DNA of 64,000 bases. Origin: Macrostomum hystrix (taxonomy: Eukaryota; Animalia; Platyhelminthes). The position numbers were made by a program, and so were the translations under genes. Shown here piece after piece: positions 24,712 through 38,082 of the stretch (position 1 is the first letter of the stretch; every line of letters starts with the position of its first letter). The DNA lies in the NCBI GenBank assembly GCA_950097015.1, contig CATNEN010000005.1, forward strand, positions 1,302,001 to 1,366,000, read 5' to 3'. The notes below the pieces were generated by a model. That model did no database searches. It was not told where the DNA came from and saw only the letters and a list, made by a program, of their open reading frames with translations.

Positions 24712-25714
24712 GGCTCAGTGGAGATTTGAAGGAAAGAAATTTCTGAGCTAGCCTTAGTTTTCCTTTCCCTCATCAACTTGTTCAGACTTCGTGCAGTTTT
24801 AGTCTATGGCATAGCTTATCACGCACCCAGAGGGAGAGAAAGAAATGAGAGAGAGATACTGTAGATAGAATAAAGGTCCGCTGAGTGGTGAAAAGGAGAG
24901 AGAAACAAGGCTCAGCGTACGATTTGACTTTCTAGTAAAATAGTCTATGGTAGTGGGTGGGGGCTTCGCCCCCACACCCCGAAGTGGGGGCTCTGCCCTC
25001 ACACCCCTGTATCTGACTCTGAAAGTATAGCTTGGGCAAAAACGTCTATGGTACAATAAGTATAAGTGATCACCCACTTTTTTTATTTATTTTGGCCCGG
25101 AACGGCTGAGGACTCGTTTATTGGACGAGGCGAAGCCTCGGCCAAGAAACGATTTCCGAAGACGTTTTCGGCCATAGATAAGTCAAACAAGTGGGTGATA
25201 TATAATGTATTTATTCCACAGTTGAAGCCAGACAATTGTCACCGGACCAGATAAATGTTTATCTGTCCCGGCCAGATAAATTTCAACGGCCAAATAAATA
25301 CGTTTATCTGGTCTTATGGACCAATCCAACTGGGGAATAAATACATAGAATTAATAGCCAATAGGCCGGGCCAAGCTGCACTGGGGATTAATGAAAAATC
25401 TGAAAAAGCCGATCTACTTGAATGTAACTTTGAAAATTGTTCTGTTTTTGCTTGCTTTTATTTTTTCTGCAAACAAAAACCAAAAAAATCGTTCAAGCTT
25501 CTACATGTATTCTGGCTCATCTAGCATGACAAATTGAGTTGTCTATGCATGGCTTACTTTCTTGTGCGAATTCAAGCGCTTGGCACTAGAATTCCATTAG
25601 CCAATCCGTTTGCATGTCCACCACTGTTCCACATAGCGCGACAAAAGCAATAGGGCACTAGGCCGAAGTAACATAGACTATGCTATAGCATGTTTGGATA
25701 ATATAGATATTGTA

Positions 25715-25767
25715 CCAAAGACCTTTTTGCCCTCTGGGCACTAATCCTGCACGATAATACCATAGAC
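25715..25767. mobile_element. Second Crypton-type terminus
   Basis: ccaaagacctttttgccctctgggcactaatcctgcacgataataccatagac matches the reconstructed end at 21459-21486 plus 23668-23687. Confidence 0.55.
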
Positions 25768-26360
25768 AATACCAATAAATATAAATCGAAGTCAACTCTC
25801 CATAGTGCAAACATCATTAACAGCCCACAAATTGCGGGTGGATAATATAATTATCTGCCAGATTTTTCCAGACAGAAATCGTGATACAATAGTGCATTGT
25901 AAAGCAGGCAGCTTTGGAGTTCAACAACGATAGACATTTAGGCGTTCAACGATAACAATTACGAACAAGCGTAGTACTTTAACCAATCGGTAAATCAAAG
26001 CCGTCAATGTCGCAGTCATGGCTCAAAGCACGTTACAAGATAGAACTTTCCAAATAGGAAATACGAGCGTAGAAAGGGCTACCGAACTTCGGACCACATT
26101 GCTACTCTTTTGACCCTAATCCACAGCAAAAAGCGTAGGAAAAAGGCCATATCTATTCGTATTTTTTATTTTAAGAGTGCGTTTTTGGTCCATCACCCCA
26201 CACTGTTCTAAAGACTTTGGGGTTTAAACGTCAGCCCAGATCGCATTGCAGCGTACAAAAGCACATTATGCATGTACTCAGGAGCTAAATTTCAGTTAAA
26301 GGTCTCAGATGGCAAGCAACTCAGGCAAGCAGAAAAACAAATTGATAAAGGCAAGGCTGT

Positions 26361-27463
26361 CCACTTTCCCCTCTACTCTTCTTACTATATATCGATCCTT
26401 TAAGCGCTACGCTATTATTTGTTGTAGGGTTCTTTCTTTTGTAGTAAATTTCATTTCGCCCACTGCAATATGCTTATAATTATTAATCAATCAATTACTT
26501 TCTGTATTATATTTTACCAATCAGCTTTCGCCTTGATAACCAAATCACTGACACAAACACAGTAAATTAAACGAAACACGTTTTAAACTGCATACTGGTT
26601 CAAATTCCGACTTGCGGACCGTTGGTTTTCGGAAAGTAAAAGCAAATAAATAAATACTATAGATAGAGTGGGTTGGCATGATGAAAAGCAACATTTACAG
26701 CGCATTTAAACAAATAGAAAATCTCCGCTTCTTTTATTGCGTTTCTAAGAAAATAACATTCGGAAACAATTTGTCGGTCACAAAGATATTCGCTATTAAT
26801 TCAGTTGAATACAACAAAAAATTGCCCAATTATATATCCAACATCCAAAAGAGAAGCATATATCATACTGGGCCTCCATAACAAGCCGCCCAGAATCCAT
26901 TGTTTCCAAACTATTTATGCTAAACTGCAGTGCAGGGATTTGTCCTGCAAAAGCAATTGAAAAGCACACAGTGCAGATTTCGTGGCCCAGTTCAATACCT
27001 ACTGGAGGCATAGAACAGAGAACTCGAGCCAACTGAGTCACTTCTGAGCCTATTCATATAAACAATATTATTCAGCCGATAAATATCTACAAAAAATCTG
27101 CAATCCAGAGTTGGGACGTACTCTTAGAGATCTCCTCTTTTAGACTAGGAAACCAAAAATTGCGATCTGTAAGACAGATAATTCCATATGAGAATATGGA
27201 ATTGTGCAGTAGGAGCCAAATAGAAGTTGACAAGGAGTTCCAATTCTTATTGAAGTTTAGTTGGAATAAGGTATGGCCTGCCCATTCAAATTTTGAAAAG
27301 AAAATCTCAGAAAAGACTCCTGATTTCGTGTATTAACCCAGAAGATAAATCAAACTATACTTCATGGCACAAGACCACGGAGAAACCACTGAAGCCCTAG
27401 CAAAGAATATTGTAGAGATATCCATAATAAGACAACAGCTGCCCCGAGGCTTCATGCAAGAAA
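26361..27463 (+). repeat. 1.1-kb direct duplication, copy 1
   Basis: Nearly identical to 32573-33720. Confidence 0.93.
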
Positions 27464-27971
27464 GGCTAATTGTGTCAAGTTTCGTCTGGACCACAAACGA
27501 TTGCGTCGACGGAAATTGTGAAATATGTAAATTTTTGCGCGCCTTTCGGGCATCGAAACAGGAATGCAACATATTGCTTATCTGCAATTAGTTTATGGTC
27601 AAGCCGCCCCCATCTTTGGATTCCCAACGGGTTATATTCATGGAGGAAAGAGTTCTATTCTTTACTCCATGGTTATATTTTGATTTTAAGAAGAACCCAG
27701 AAAACACGCGGTCTACAACTAGACCATGCACTGGCTAAGCGTGTCTACTATGTAGACTAAAAGAAACTGCCAGGAGAAGCCAATTCTGGAATGTCATCAC
27801 AGATTGACATTCTCCTTCAATAGAAACTGACGAGCGGTTTGTGGAAAAGCAAATGGACGAGCGTCAGGTGGAGCAACCATCAAATTGTTGTTAAAGTTTT
27901 ACCAGATATCAATTATCTGCACGTTTTTTATTATCAGCACGCTTTTTTAATAGATTGACTATAGGATTTTA

Positions 27972-28187
27972 CCATAGACATGGCGTTATCTGCACGCTTG
28001 AGCGTTGTACAAGTGAGCCCTGAGATGGCTCCATCAGGAAACTGAGCAAAATCAATATAGCGAACTCTCTTTGCAGGGCTATCTTCTTCCGACATATTTA
28101 TTCTTTGGGGAGTGTCTAATGTGATAAGTACACAGGCTTATATAAGCCCCACAGGCTTGAGCGTGCATTTAACGCAAGTGTCTATGG
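27972..28187. mobile_element. MITE with CCATAGAC...GTCTATGG ends, no obvious TSD
   Basis: About 32-bp imperfect inverted ends ccatagacatggcgttatctgcacgcttgagc / gcttgagcgtgcatttaacgcaagtgtctatgg. Confidence 0.6.
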
Positions 28188-28203
28188 CCCAGCTTGCATA
28201 TTA

Positions 28204-28304
28204 CAATGGTAGATTTATGCTAGGCTTCCTAGTGCGTAAATAGTCTATGGCACTCGTGCCAAGACTATTTACGCACTCGGAAGCCTAGCATAAATCTACC
28301 ATTG
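28204..28304. repeat. Near-perfect palindrome, about 50-bp arms, 2-nt loop
   Basis: caatggtagatttatgctaggcttcc...ggcac-tc-gtgcc...ggaagcctagcataaatctaccattg. Confidence 0.9.
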
Positions 28305-28399
28305 ACATATAACCAAGTGTGCGTAATTGAAATTGAAATTGAAATTGACTTCAACACTCATAATACAAACAAATAGTAAGTTAATATGTAAAGCAGTAT

Positions 28400-29788
28400 C
28401 TAAATACTGCAGGAAATGATCGGCAAGATAGAGGAAATTCTACAGGAACCAACCATGTCCATCTTTTTGTAGCTCAAATGCATGTACTTGTGCAAAGCGT
28501 ACGAGCTATTAGGGACTTGCTTCTCTTGAAACATTTTCATATTAATTGTGCCGCAGTGCCTCTTTTGCAGCTCCGACAGCTTTGAAGGCTCCGCGCAAGC
28601 CTTGGCTATAATATAAGGCAGATTCGCAACGTCCCACAGCGGCTGGAAGGCGTCCGCCTCGGCCAGGATGTTGCCGCACCAGTCTGCAGGTCTCTCGCTG
28701 GGCGCCAGTGCGGTGTACTTGTCGTAGAATGACTGCAGCATCACGGGTCCTGTCACGAACACTGCGTCATTGTGAACTCTTCCAGTTTTCTTGGCCCAGT
28801 GCTGCTCAAACCAGGGAGGCCAGTGCTCAAGAACGAAGCTGAGGAAGCTGTGGTTCGCTCGACTCATCATCACAGCATTGGACAGAAGTGTCTGCCGGTT
28901 GAAGGGAAAAGCTGCATGCTCTGGCAACTCCTGGCTCCACACGGCTGACTGGCAGCTGAAGTTGGCTGACAGTCCGGCTCCCCGCAGTCCCGACGGTCTC
29001 AGCAGCGGCGAAGGGTCTCGGAGCAGCTCAACATCCGTGTCCACGTACAGGCCGCCGACATGATGCAGCACGACCAGACGACCGATGTCCGATCGCTCCA
29101 GCCCGTTGACCAGCTTGCTGTAGGTGCGGCTCAGCTTCGGGTAGTGCTTGGAGATGAGCTCGGAGATCTGATTGTCGTCCCAGTGCATGAAGTGCCATCT
29201 GTCTGGCCGCAGGTGAACGGCAGCGCTAGCATCTGCGTTGCTGCTGGCTTGTTGAGTCTCGCCAGGAACGGATATTAATCGGACATCTGAGGGTTGCGTG
29301 AATCAACGCATTTTGTAGTGCAGTTAGTCACACTGATTAATTCACTCTATAATTATTTTTATTATTTTTAAAGTCCGTTCTATCTACACAATACTAGTAT
29401 CTATAGAATTTTTGGTCCCATGAGTGTCTCTAATGGCTTAATATTTATTAAAACTGCTTCAGCTATTTTCCAGTCCCACAACCAGCATCCATACCTGGAG
29501 GATTAGTGCTAGCGTCAGTATAGCCGCTGATATTGACGTGAAGCAGAAGTGTCCAAGTTTGAACTAGTTTAACGAGTTTAGAGTGTATTTTACCATCCTT
29601 GCTAGTCCAATGCACAATTGGCGGTATTGAGTCTAATGACATTAAGTCACTCAATATGTTGGCGCATGGCAGCTTGGTAGATTCTTCTATCTTCAATTTG
29701 TTATATTGCAGATTGTTGCTTAGCAAGTTTAATATAAAACAAGAAGTGCAGGACACGGCCAGTAATAGCAGAATTTTATTTTTTAAAC
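28400..29788 (-). CDS. GT32/DXD glycosyltransferase paralog 3; exons 29788-29495 and 29286-28400; ATG exon not located
   Basis: Upstream exon carries a TM (KILLLLAVSCTSCFILNLL) and IPPIVHWTSKDG; donor CCAG|gtatgg and acceptor cctcag join in phase 1 to the core exon. Confidence 0.78.
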
Positions 29789-32572
29789 CTGTATTGTTTT
29801 AATGAGAAATGGTTTGTTAGGTTAATTATGTAATGGAAGCATGTACAGATGTACTAGTTCATAGTTTACATATAATTAAGAATCATGGTGGCCACATGAA
29901 ATTCCCAAAACTGAATGCAGTTATCTAGAGGTAGCCAAGGTGTGGGGCAGACACAAGTTCAATGCCATAATTTCTGCATTGGACTGCATCAGCCATCATT
30001 GTTTTTTACTTACAGACAAACAGACATTTGTGACACCATCAATCCAGCCCATCAGCTTTTAAGTGGCGCATCAGTGTGCCAGTTGAGCCAACCTTACTAT
30101 TGATGAAGACACTCAAAATGAGCCATTGGCTACTTTGCTCTAGACACAAGCAACCCCCATATGCAACAGAGCTGACAAAGTTTCTGAGCTCATGCCACTG
30201 TCATTAAAGAAGGCAGAGTTTATTGCCTTTCCAGTGACTTTCGCGCATGTGGTATAGTCAACCAGTGTGTCATCAAATGCAAGACTATAAGTGTTCAACA
30301 GGAAGCTTCTGATTAAATACACTTAACATTTGATTCCTTGGTATTGCTACAGCAGGTTCTAGAAGCTGCATAAGAACTACAGCTGAGTCCAATTGACACC
30401 AATTATGGCCCAAGATAATCATTTAAATCATTATTATTCAGGCAAGTAAAGCAAGAGAATATTTTCTAAATTATTTACTAAGGTAGGCCCCTACCTCTAA
30501 ATATTTGGGATATCTCAAATTGAAAAGCATAGAATATATATCTGTGATGTTAATTTCTCACTTAATTTAATTTATAAGCTTATTTATTTATAAAATTGTT
30601 CAGCAGAGCCAAAAAATGGTGTAGTGAATTGCTAGGTGTATTTACTAGGTAAGCTAGTAAACGTTGAAAACAAACTTATGAAATCTCTTGCTAAAAGCTT
30701 TCGACATTGTGAAGTTTTGAGCTTTTGAAGTTTCAACCTAGTGAAGGTAGGCCTAGCTACTATTTTAGTTTTTGACGTTGTGAAGTTTAGACCTTGTGAA
30801 AATTCGAGCTTATGCAGTCCCTTGCTTGAGTTTTTGATTTTATGAAGTTTCAATCTAGTGAAGTTTTGACCTAGTGAAGGTAGCAGCTATTTTAGTTTTT
30901 GATGTTGTGAAATTTCAACCTTGTGAACTTTTGACCTTGTGAAGAAATGTGCTTTTGACATTGTGAAATTTCAAGTTTGTGAAACCCCCCATCTTACAGT
31001 AGCCTAACATTTATGTCACTTAGCTAAGCCCTATCCTTTGTTAAATAATAGTTGAATAGGCCTAATCCTATAGTCATAAGCTTGAACTAGCTAGCTTCAA
31101 AATTAGTGTCCTAAACTTAATTTATAAGCTTATTTATTAAAAAAATGTATTACAGAGCCAAAAAATAATGGTGTAGTGAATTGCTTGGTGTATTTACTAG
31201 GTATGCATATGGTGGCTACTCCTTGTGAAGATATAAATAGGCCTAGGGCCTAGTTAATAAAATAACTGCATTACTTGTGCTGTAATGTATACAATAAGTA
31301 TAGTGTTTACTGTTTGCTAAATTTGTCTGTTTTGTTAGTTTTTAACTGACAAAAGGTCCAGTTAGCTAAGTGAGTTCAAATTTATGTCCACCAACTTCTG
31401 TCTTACCTACTGTGGAACGAAAACACTTGTGGAATGCTGAAATTCTGAAATGCATGTTTCCTTGGATTATGGTAGCATAAAGTGGCAGTGTCGCAAGCAG
31501 GGTGCATTAACTAGAAGCAAGACAGGACAGCAGATACAAATTGTGAATACTGTAGACGTAAGTTAATGACGAAATTAAATTAAATTAAATTGAATGCCGA
31601 GTCAAGAGGCGTAGCGGTCTTGAACGTGTAGCGGTTAATAACTAGCAGGATTTTACTTGTATAAATTATGTACCATTGCCAGCAGCCCTGCTGCAATCAT
31701 TATTATTATTATTTGTATTATTTTTATGACTCATGACTTATGACTTATGAATTCATGACTCTTAATATTAGATCAGAAAGTAGGCTGGCTAAGGAGAGCG
31801 CTGAAGCGGCACCGAACCAGAAAGTTACCATTTAACCCGATTTAAAATAATAGGAAACGCAGTTTCTAAATATGATGTATTAAAACAAAATAAATAACCC
31901 ATAAAGGGAACCACACTAAGCGACACCGTCACAGGTTTCCCGAGCGATATTCTGATTGATATTCAAAGATTAACAACAGCACACTTCATAGTCATCGAAT
32001 CTACTCAAAACTCAATAAATAACTTTTCACCCATTAGAACTGCAACGCAGAAAAATTTTATGCAGTTCTCTCGTGGATTTAGAACACAATTATCAATAAA
32101 TTGATGCTCGCCTATCTCCACAATTTATTTTAAAATATCCTTATTTTGGGTACTTTCACTCGACCAAATTAGCTGAAAATTGACTGGAAGCAATTATTCA
32201 CCCAGCCACCACAAAAATGAGATTGCAAAAGAAATCAGCACGATTGGATGATCCAGAGAGGCGGCCAAACGCAACAACAGTTTCAAGAATTTTTAGGCCA
32301 CCTATAGCACATCGCTACCATCAAATGGACCCTACCGGAAACATGCTGGGGTAATTTTTATGGATGGCCCAAACGATCGAGATCCATCATCGCGACATGC
32401 AGAATTACGACACGAATCCTACCCCCGTATACACCATTTCTAAACCCGACCGAATTTGCTAACCCTGCGTTTAAGTAAGATCTCAAGTCAACGTCAAAGA
32501 ATAGTTGAGGATGAAGTTTTATATTATTATGCTTCAATTTTTGACTTGATTGAAAAATCTGATCTATATATA

Positions 32573-33720
32573 CCACTTTCCCCTCTATACTCTTCTTACT
32601 ATATATCGATCCTTTAAGCGCTACGCTAATATTTGTTGTAGGGTTCTTTCTTTTATGGTAAATTTCATTTCGCCCACTGCAATACGCTTATAATTATTAA
32701 TCAATCAATTACTTTCTGTATTATATTTTACCAATCAGCTTTCGCCTTGATAACCAAATCACTGACACAAACACAGTAAATTAAACGAAACACGTTTTAA
32801 ACTGCATACTGGTTCAAATTCCCACTTGCCGACCGTTGGTTTTCGGAAAGTAAAAGCAAATAAATAATACTAGATAGAGTGGGTTGGCATGATGAAAAAC
32901 AACATTTACAGCGCATTTAAACAAATAGAAAATCTCCGCTTCTTTTATTGCGTTTCTAAGAAAATAACATTCGGAAACAATTTGTCGGTCACAAAGATAT
33001 TCGCTATTAATTCAGTTGAATACAACAAAAAATTGCCCTATTATATATCCAACATCCAAAAGAGAAGCATATATCATACTGGGCCTCCATAACAAGCCGC
33101 CCAGAATCCATTGTTTCCAAACTATTAGGGGATTCAACATACAACAATGCAGTTGCAAAGCCAAAATTTATGCTAAACTGCAGTGCAGGGATTTGTCCTG
33201 CAAAAGCAATTGAAAAGCATACAGTGCAGATTTCGTGGCCCAGTTCAATACCTACTGCATGGAGGCATAGAACAGAGAACTCGAGCCAACTGAGTCACTT
33301 CTGAGCCTATTCATATAAACAATATTATTCAGCCGATAAATATCTACAAGAAATCTGCAATCCAGAGTTGGGACGTACTCTTAGAGATCTCCTCTTTTAG
33401 ACTAGGAAACCAAAAATTGCGATCTGTAAGACAGACAATTCCATATGAGAATATGGAATTGTGCAGTAGGAGCCAAATAGAAGTTGACAAGGAGTTCCAA
33501 TTCTTATTGAAGTTTAGTTGGAATAAGGTATGGCCTGCCCATTCAAATTTTGAAAAGAAAATCTCAGAAAAGACTCCTGATTTCGTGTATTAACCCAGAA
33601 GATAAATCAAACTATACTTCATGGCACAAGACCACGGAGAAACCACTGAAGCCCTAGCAAAGAATATTGTAGAGATATCCATAATAAGACAACAGCTGCC
33701 CCGAGGCTTCATGCAAGAAA
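32573..33720 (+). repeat. 1.1-kb direct duplication, copy 2
   Basis: Matches 26361-27463 with an extra segment of about 40 bp near 33125-33170. Confidence 0.93.
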
Positions 33721-34239
33721 CTCGTATTGCCAATATATACGCTCGCATTAAAAAAGTTGCTGATTTCTCTCCTCACAATTTATTCAAACAAACATGATAC
33801 TCATACTGTCGATATCATTTATACTAGTGTTAAGATACTGTGCATGATATATCGTAGCTGTTCCAATTAAAAGCATTGACCAACTACGAGTAATTAGTTG
33901 ATCTCTGCACACACACGCGTCAAAAAAAAATATTCCGATTTGTACATTCTTCCGGAAATCAATCGACACAACGCTAAACTAAACAAAGTTTTCTTTCCGT
34001 TACGTGCCAATGTGAAAATATATTCTGCTGCTTAAAATTCTGCCTGTCTTTGGTGAGTTTGTCATACCTGACAAAACCATGACTGGAAACTTGACAGACA
34101 GATACCAGAATGCAGATATATAGATATGCCGTTGGACAAAACGAATCGGCAATTCAACTACCAAACATCTATTTGAAGCGATCAATGGGGTCACAGAAAT
34201 ATTTGCAACAACACATAATTATACGTAGCTGTGCGTATC

Positions 34240-35414
34240 CTACAATTTGCATGTTAAAATAGGCAATATTGTTTGAATTTGTGATGAACCATACATCAGC
34301 ATACCCTTGTAGCTCAGGTGCATGTACTTATGCACAGTGTAAGAACTCTTGGGAATCTTCTTTGTTTGAAACATCGAGAACTTCATGCCCTGGCAGAGAC
34401 CTCTCTGCAGTGCAGAAAGCTTCAGGGGCTTTGAGCAGGCCTTCTTCATGTTGGTGGGAAAATAAACCATGTCCCACAGCGGCTGGAAGGCGTCCGCCTC
34501 GGCCAGCATGTTGCCGCACCAGTCTGCAGATCTCTCGCTGGGCGCCAGTGCGGTGTACTTGTCGTAGAATGACTGCAGCATCACGGGTCCTGTCACGAAC
34601 ACTGCGTCATTGTGAACTCTTTTAGTTTTCTTGGCCCAGTGCTGCTCAAACCAGGGAGGCCAGTGCTCAAGAACGAAGCTGAGGAAGCTGTGGTTCGCTC
34701 GACTCATCATCACAGCATTGGACAGAAGTGTCTGCCGGTTGAAGGGAAAAGCTGCATGCTCGGATTGCTCCTGGCTCCACACGGCTGACTGGCAGCTGAA
34801 GTTGGCTGACAGTCCGGCTCCCCGCAGTCCCGACGGTCTCAGCAGCGGCGAAGGGTCTCGGAGCAGCTCAACATCCGTGTCCACGTACAGGCCGCCGACA
34901 TGATGCAGCACGACCAGACGACCGATGTCCGATCGCTCCAGTCCGTTGACCAGCTTGCTGTAGGTGCGGCTCAGCTTCGGGTAGTGCTTGGAGATGAGCT
35001 CGGAGATCTGATTGTCGTCCCAGTGCATGAACTGCCACCTATCCCGGTGGAAGCCGTCGCTGTTTGTGTTGTTTAGCACTGCGCGGCTCCTGTTGAACCT
35101 GACCTCTAGCAGCAATCTCCAAGACCGTACTATCGGAATCAGCTGTGATGCCATCCGCCCATCCTTGCTAGTCCAGTGCACAATTGGTGTTATTGAGTCC
35201 ACGAACATTTTTTGGAATGAGGAACATACTGCTGGTCGATAGTCAGCTTTAGAGATGTTAATCCTTAGTACTCCTGGTCGATAGTCAGCTTTAGAAATGT
35301 TAATCTTCAGTACTCCTGGTCGATAGTCAGCTTTAGAAATGTTAATCTTCAGTATTCCGTTGACCAGATAAAGCAATGTAGCGAAGAGCGCGATTGAAAA
35401 GATATGTTTGAATA
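34240..35414 (-). CDS. GT32/DXD glycosyltransferase paralog 4 (main exon); ATG exon not located
   Basis: Phase-1 acceptor tttcag at 35415-35417; TM HIFSIALFATLLYLV; three 42-bp stem repeats; full core motifs. Confidence 0.82.
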
Positions 35415-36894
35415 CTGAAACTTGCAGGATGTATAGTTAAATATTATAAAGGAAAGCCTGAAGAAGGATTTGAGATTATGTGATTTATCCAAGGACTTCT
35501 AGATAATAGCATCTATGCTATATAATGCTATTTTGCTACTATATAGATTCTATTGTATAGAAGTCCTTGGGTTTATCGAATTCGGTTCGACTAAGGTTTT
35601 AACTGTTGTTCTAGTGTATTGCCAAGTCGGCCCTAGTTGTCCTTGTGTAATGCATGTATAAAAACCGCATACAAGTAAATGATGCATATATAGAAGCTGC
35701 AAGTTGGTGTGACGTTAATATGGCACAAATATGACATTCGTACCTTTTAAAAAGCGAAAACGTTCTAGCAATGGCCAGCAGATTTCCGTTTTGATGAAAT
35801 TTAATATTATCATTTAAGCTGCAGATTCAGGTGAGGTTATCCTCTGGGCTTAATTTAACAGTAGATACTAATTGTATACCTCAAGCTGCACTTCACTCTG
35901 CTGGATTATACAATTTTGGCTTTAGAGAGGTGAGAGACTGTATATAGTGTATAAAATATAATCTTCTTAGCTTTAGAAATGATGGCTAAGTATTCGGCTG
36001 AATATTTTTATATTTAAATGCACATCGAATGATAGTGGTGTTGTGTGCACAATAAACAGTGGAAGAAGAAAGGCATTTTTGTTAACTCTAAATATAGGTA
36101 CGAAATTATAATGTACATATACTGCATAGCGCAATAAAATACAGAGACTGTGTGTATAAGTATTTCGGGTTGCGAGCATGGCGCATGTTATATTTGGCTA
36201 TATCGGTAGCCACTCATGTGAATTAATTCATGTCGCTTGGAGGGGGGATGGTAGCGTATGTTGTGACAAGCCTCGGCCAGCGGGCTAATTCAATCGAGAG
36301 ACAACTGGGGGGTGCTCTGGTCGGTTCTGCTGGCTGCTATCGAATCTATTTGAGCTTTTCCATTGCCTGTTGCTGCATAATTTTCTAGAGGCAACAGGGT
36401 AGGGCGTGCGACTCATTATTTGTCCAGACCTCTGCATCGGATTGAGTGGAAAATTTCTGCCTGCAGTGAGTCACGCCTAATGCTCCTCACAAAGCATTGG
36501 AGGCATGTAGTGAAGACGCGTGATTGGCGCGTAAGTGATAGTGTTGCAGGGCTATTCTATAATATTTAATATCCCACCGTTGCCACCAAAGTTGTTATAG
36601 GCCTCTTTTATTATTTCTCACTTAACTCAAAATTCCAATAATACCAATCCCACTGCTTGTACCAACAAAGTTGTTGCAGGTGGAAATTAACTATCCCACA
36701 AATGCCACCAAAGTTGTACCAGGCGTGCTTAAACAATACTGGCTCAATCGAATAGATATTTAACTGGCGGTCCTTAAATGGGCCGTTTTAGCTTCTCAAT
36801 TATGGTAGCGTATATGTTTGCACGAGCGGTAATTAGGCAACTGTATGCGTTTCCAGTCAATTAGGCGTCCCCGAGATCAGAGTTTAGCAGTTTC

Positions 36895-37025
36895 CCTTCT
36901 GTAATATTCTTGGTATAATTCTGAGTATAATTCTTAGTATAATTCTGAGGATGGTTCTGAGTATGGTTCTGAGTTTGGTTCTGAGTATGGTTCTGAGTAT
37001 GGTTCTGAGTATGGTTCTGAGTATA
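36895..37025. repeat. 12-bp minisatellite (gagtatggttct)
   Basis: Seen directly. Confidence 0.9.
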
Positions 37026-37509
37026 TTTCCCTCTTAAAATTGAATAACACAATGCAACACTTCAAACTTCAAACTTTAGCTTCAAAACTTTGTCTTTAAA
37101 ACACCTCGAGACACTAGGAACACGCTTAAAAACACGCTTAAAACGCTTTAGACAAACTATACACGACTTCATCACACTCAACCAAAACTTTATTTTTCTG
37201 GTCACAAGTTGCGGCTATATATACACAGCAAAATTTTACATTTCTTTAAATGGCAACATTTTACAGAATAATATTTATACGGTAGAAAATAAAACAAAAT
37301 ATTTATATACAGCATTATTTTTATTACGGGAAAAAGTAAAACAAAAGATTTATTTTTGGCGCGTTTTTTATTTTTTAAACTTATTTTTTATATAATGTAA
37401 GCAAGAAATGAAAAAGCATAAACGTATATACAAAAATGAAAACCTTTTCTAAAACACCCTGCCACAATAGTAAAACATTTAAAAAGGCGAGACTCAACAT
37501 TTAACGTTT

Positions 37510-37548
37510 AACGACGCGTTTCGCACAGAATCGTGCATCTTCAGGTTT
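37510..37548 (-). ncRNA. Minimal type I hammerhead ribozyme (Penelope pLTR), minus copy
   Basis: Exact reverse complement of 38778-38816. Confidence 0.75.
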
Positions 37549-37746
37549 ATTAAAACGAACAGAGCAAGTAGAAAAGCGAATAAATATGTGATTCTTTGGG
37601 TGTAACATTAATCAATATTTTTTAATCAATAATTAAAATATTTCTCGAGTACATATTTGACACTCCGTAAGTCAAGAGGCAAGTCCAGGGGCGGATTGTT
37701 AGCATTGCAGCCAGCAGTGCAGAAAGTACAGCCAGTGCCCCCTCCC

Positions 37747-38082
37747 TCAGAACACACGGAGAACATGGCCCGCGCCACTGTGTTGGAGTTGGGTGTTGAG
37801 GTTGGGGGAATGAGCTTTAATGTACAACGCTTCAAGTATCTGCAGTTTGGAGTCAAATGAGCATTGGTCAATGACTTGGAAGCGCTCTTCGGGTTTGCAG
37901 CTGGAGCAGCTATTACATTCTAAGAGATGGTTTTGAATAGCCGACGGTTTCAGCCAGTGCTCCCTGATTCTAGTGTGCAGGTGCCTTTTAGTCTTCCCCA
38001 CGTAGGAGACGCTCTGGTCATCAGAGCAGTTGAATTGGTAAACAACACCAGCACGAAGAGCACAGGGAACACGTGACTTCAA
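37747..38082 (-). pseudogene. GIY-YIG endonuclease domain of Penelope (RT C-terminal remnant at 38105-38341)
   Basis: GVVYQFNC...SYVGKTKRHLHTRIREH...ILEALYIK...PNLN. Confidence 0.9.

Larger units (their letters stand above)
21459..25051 (-). mobile_element. Crypton-like tyrosine-recombinase element interrupted by the P-like element
   Basis: Minus-strand 5' end ccatagacgtttttgccc (25051 leftward); opposite end acctttttgccc at 21459-21470; removing the P element and one TSD copy restores a terminus nearly identical to 25721-25767. Confidence 0.6.
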
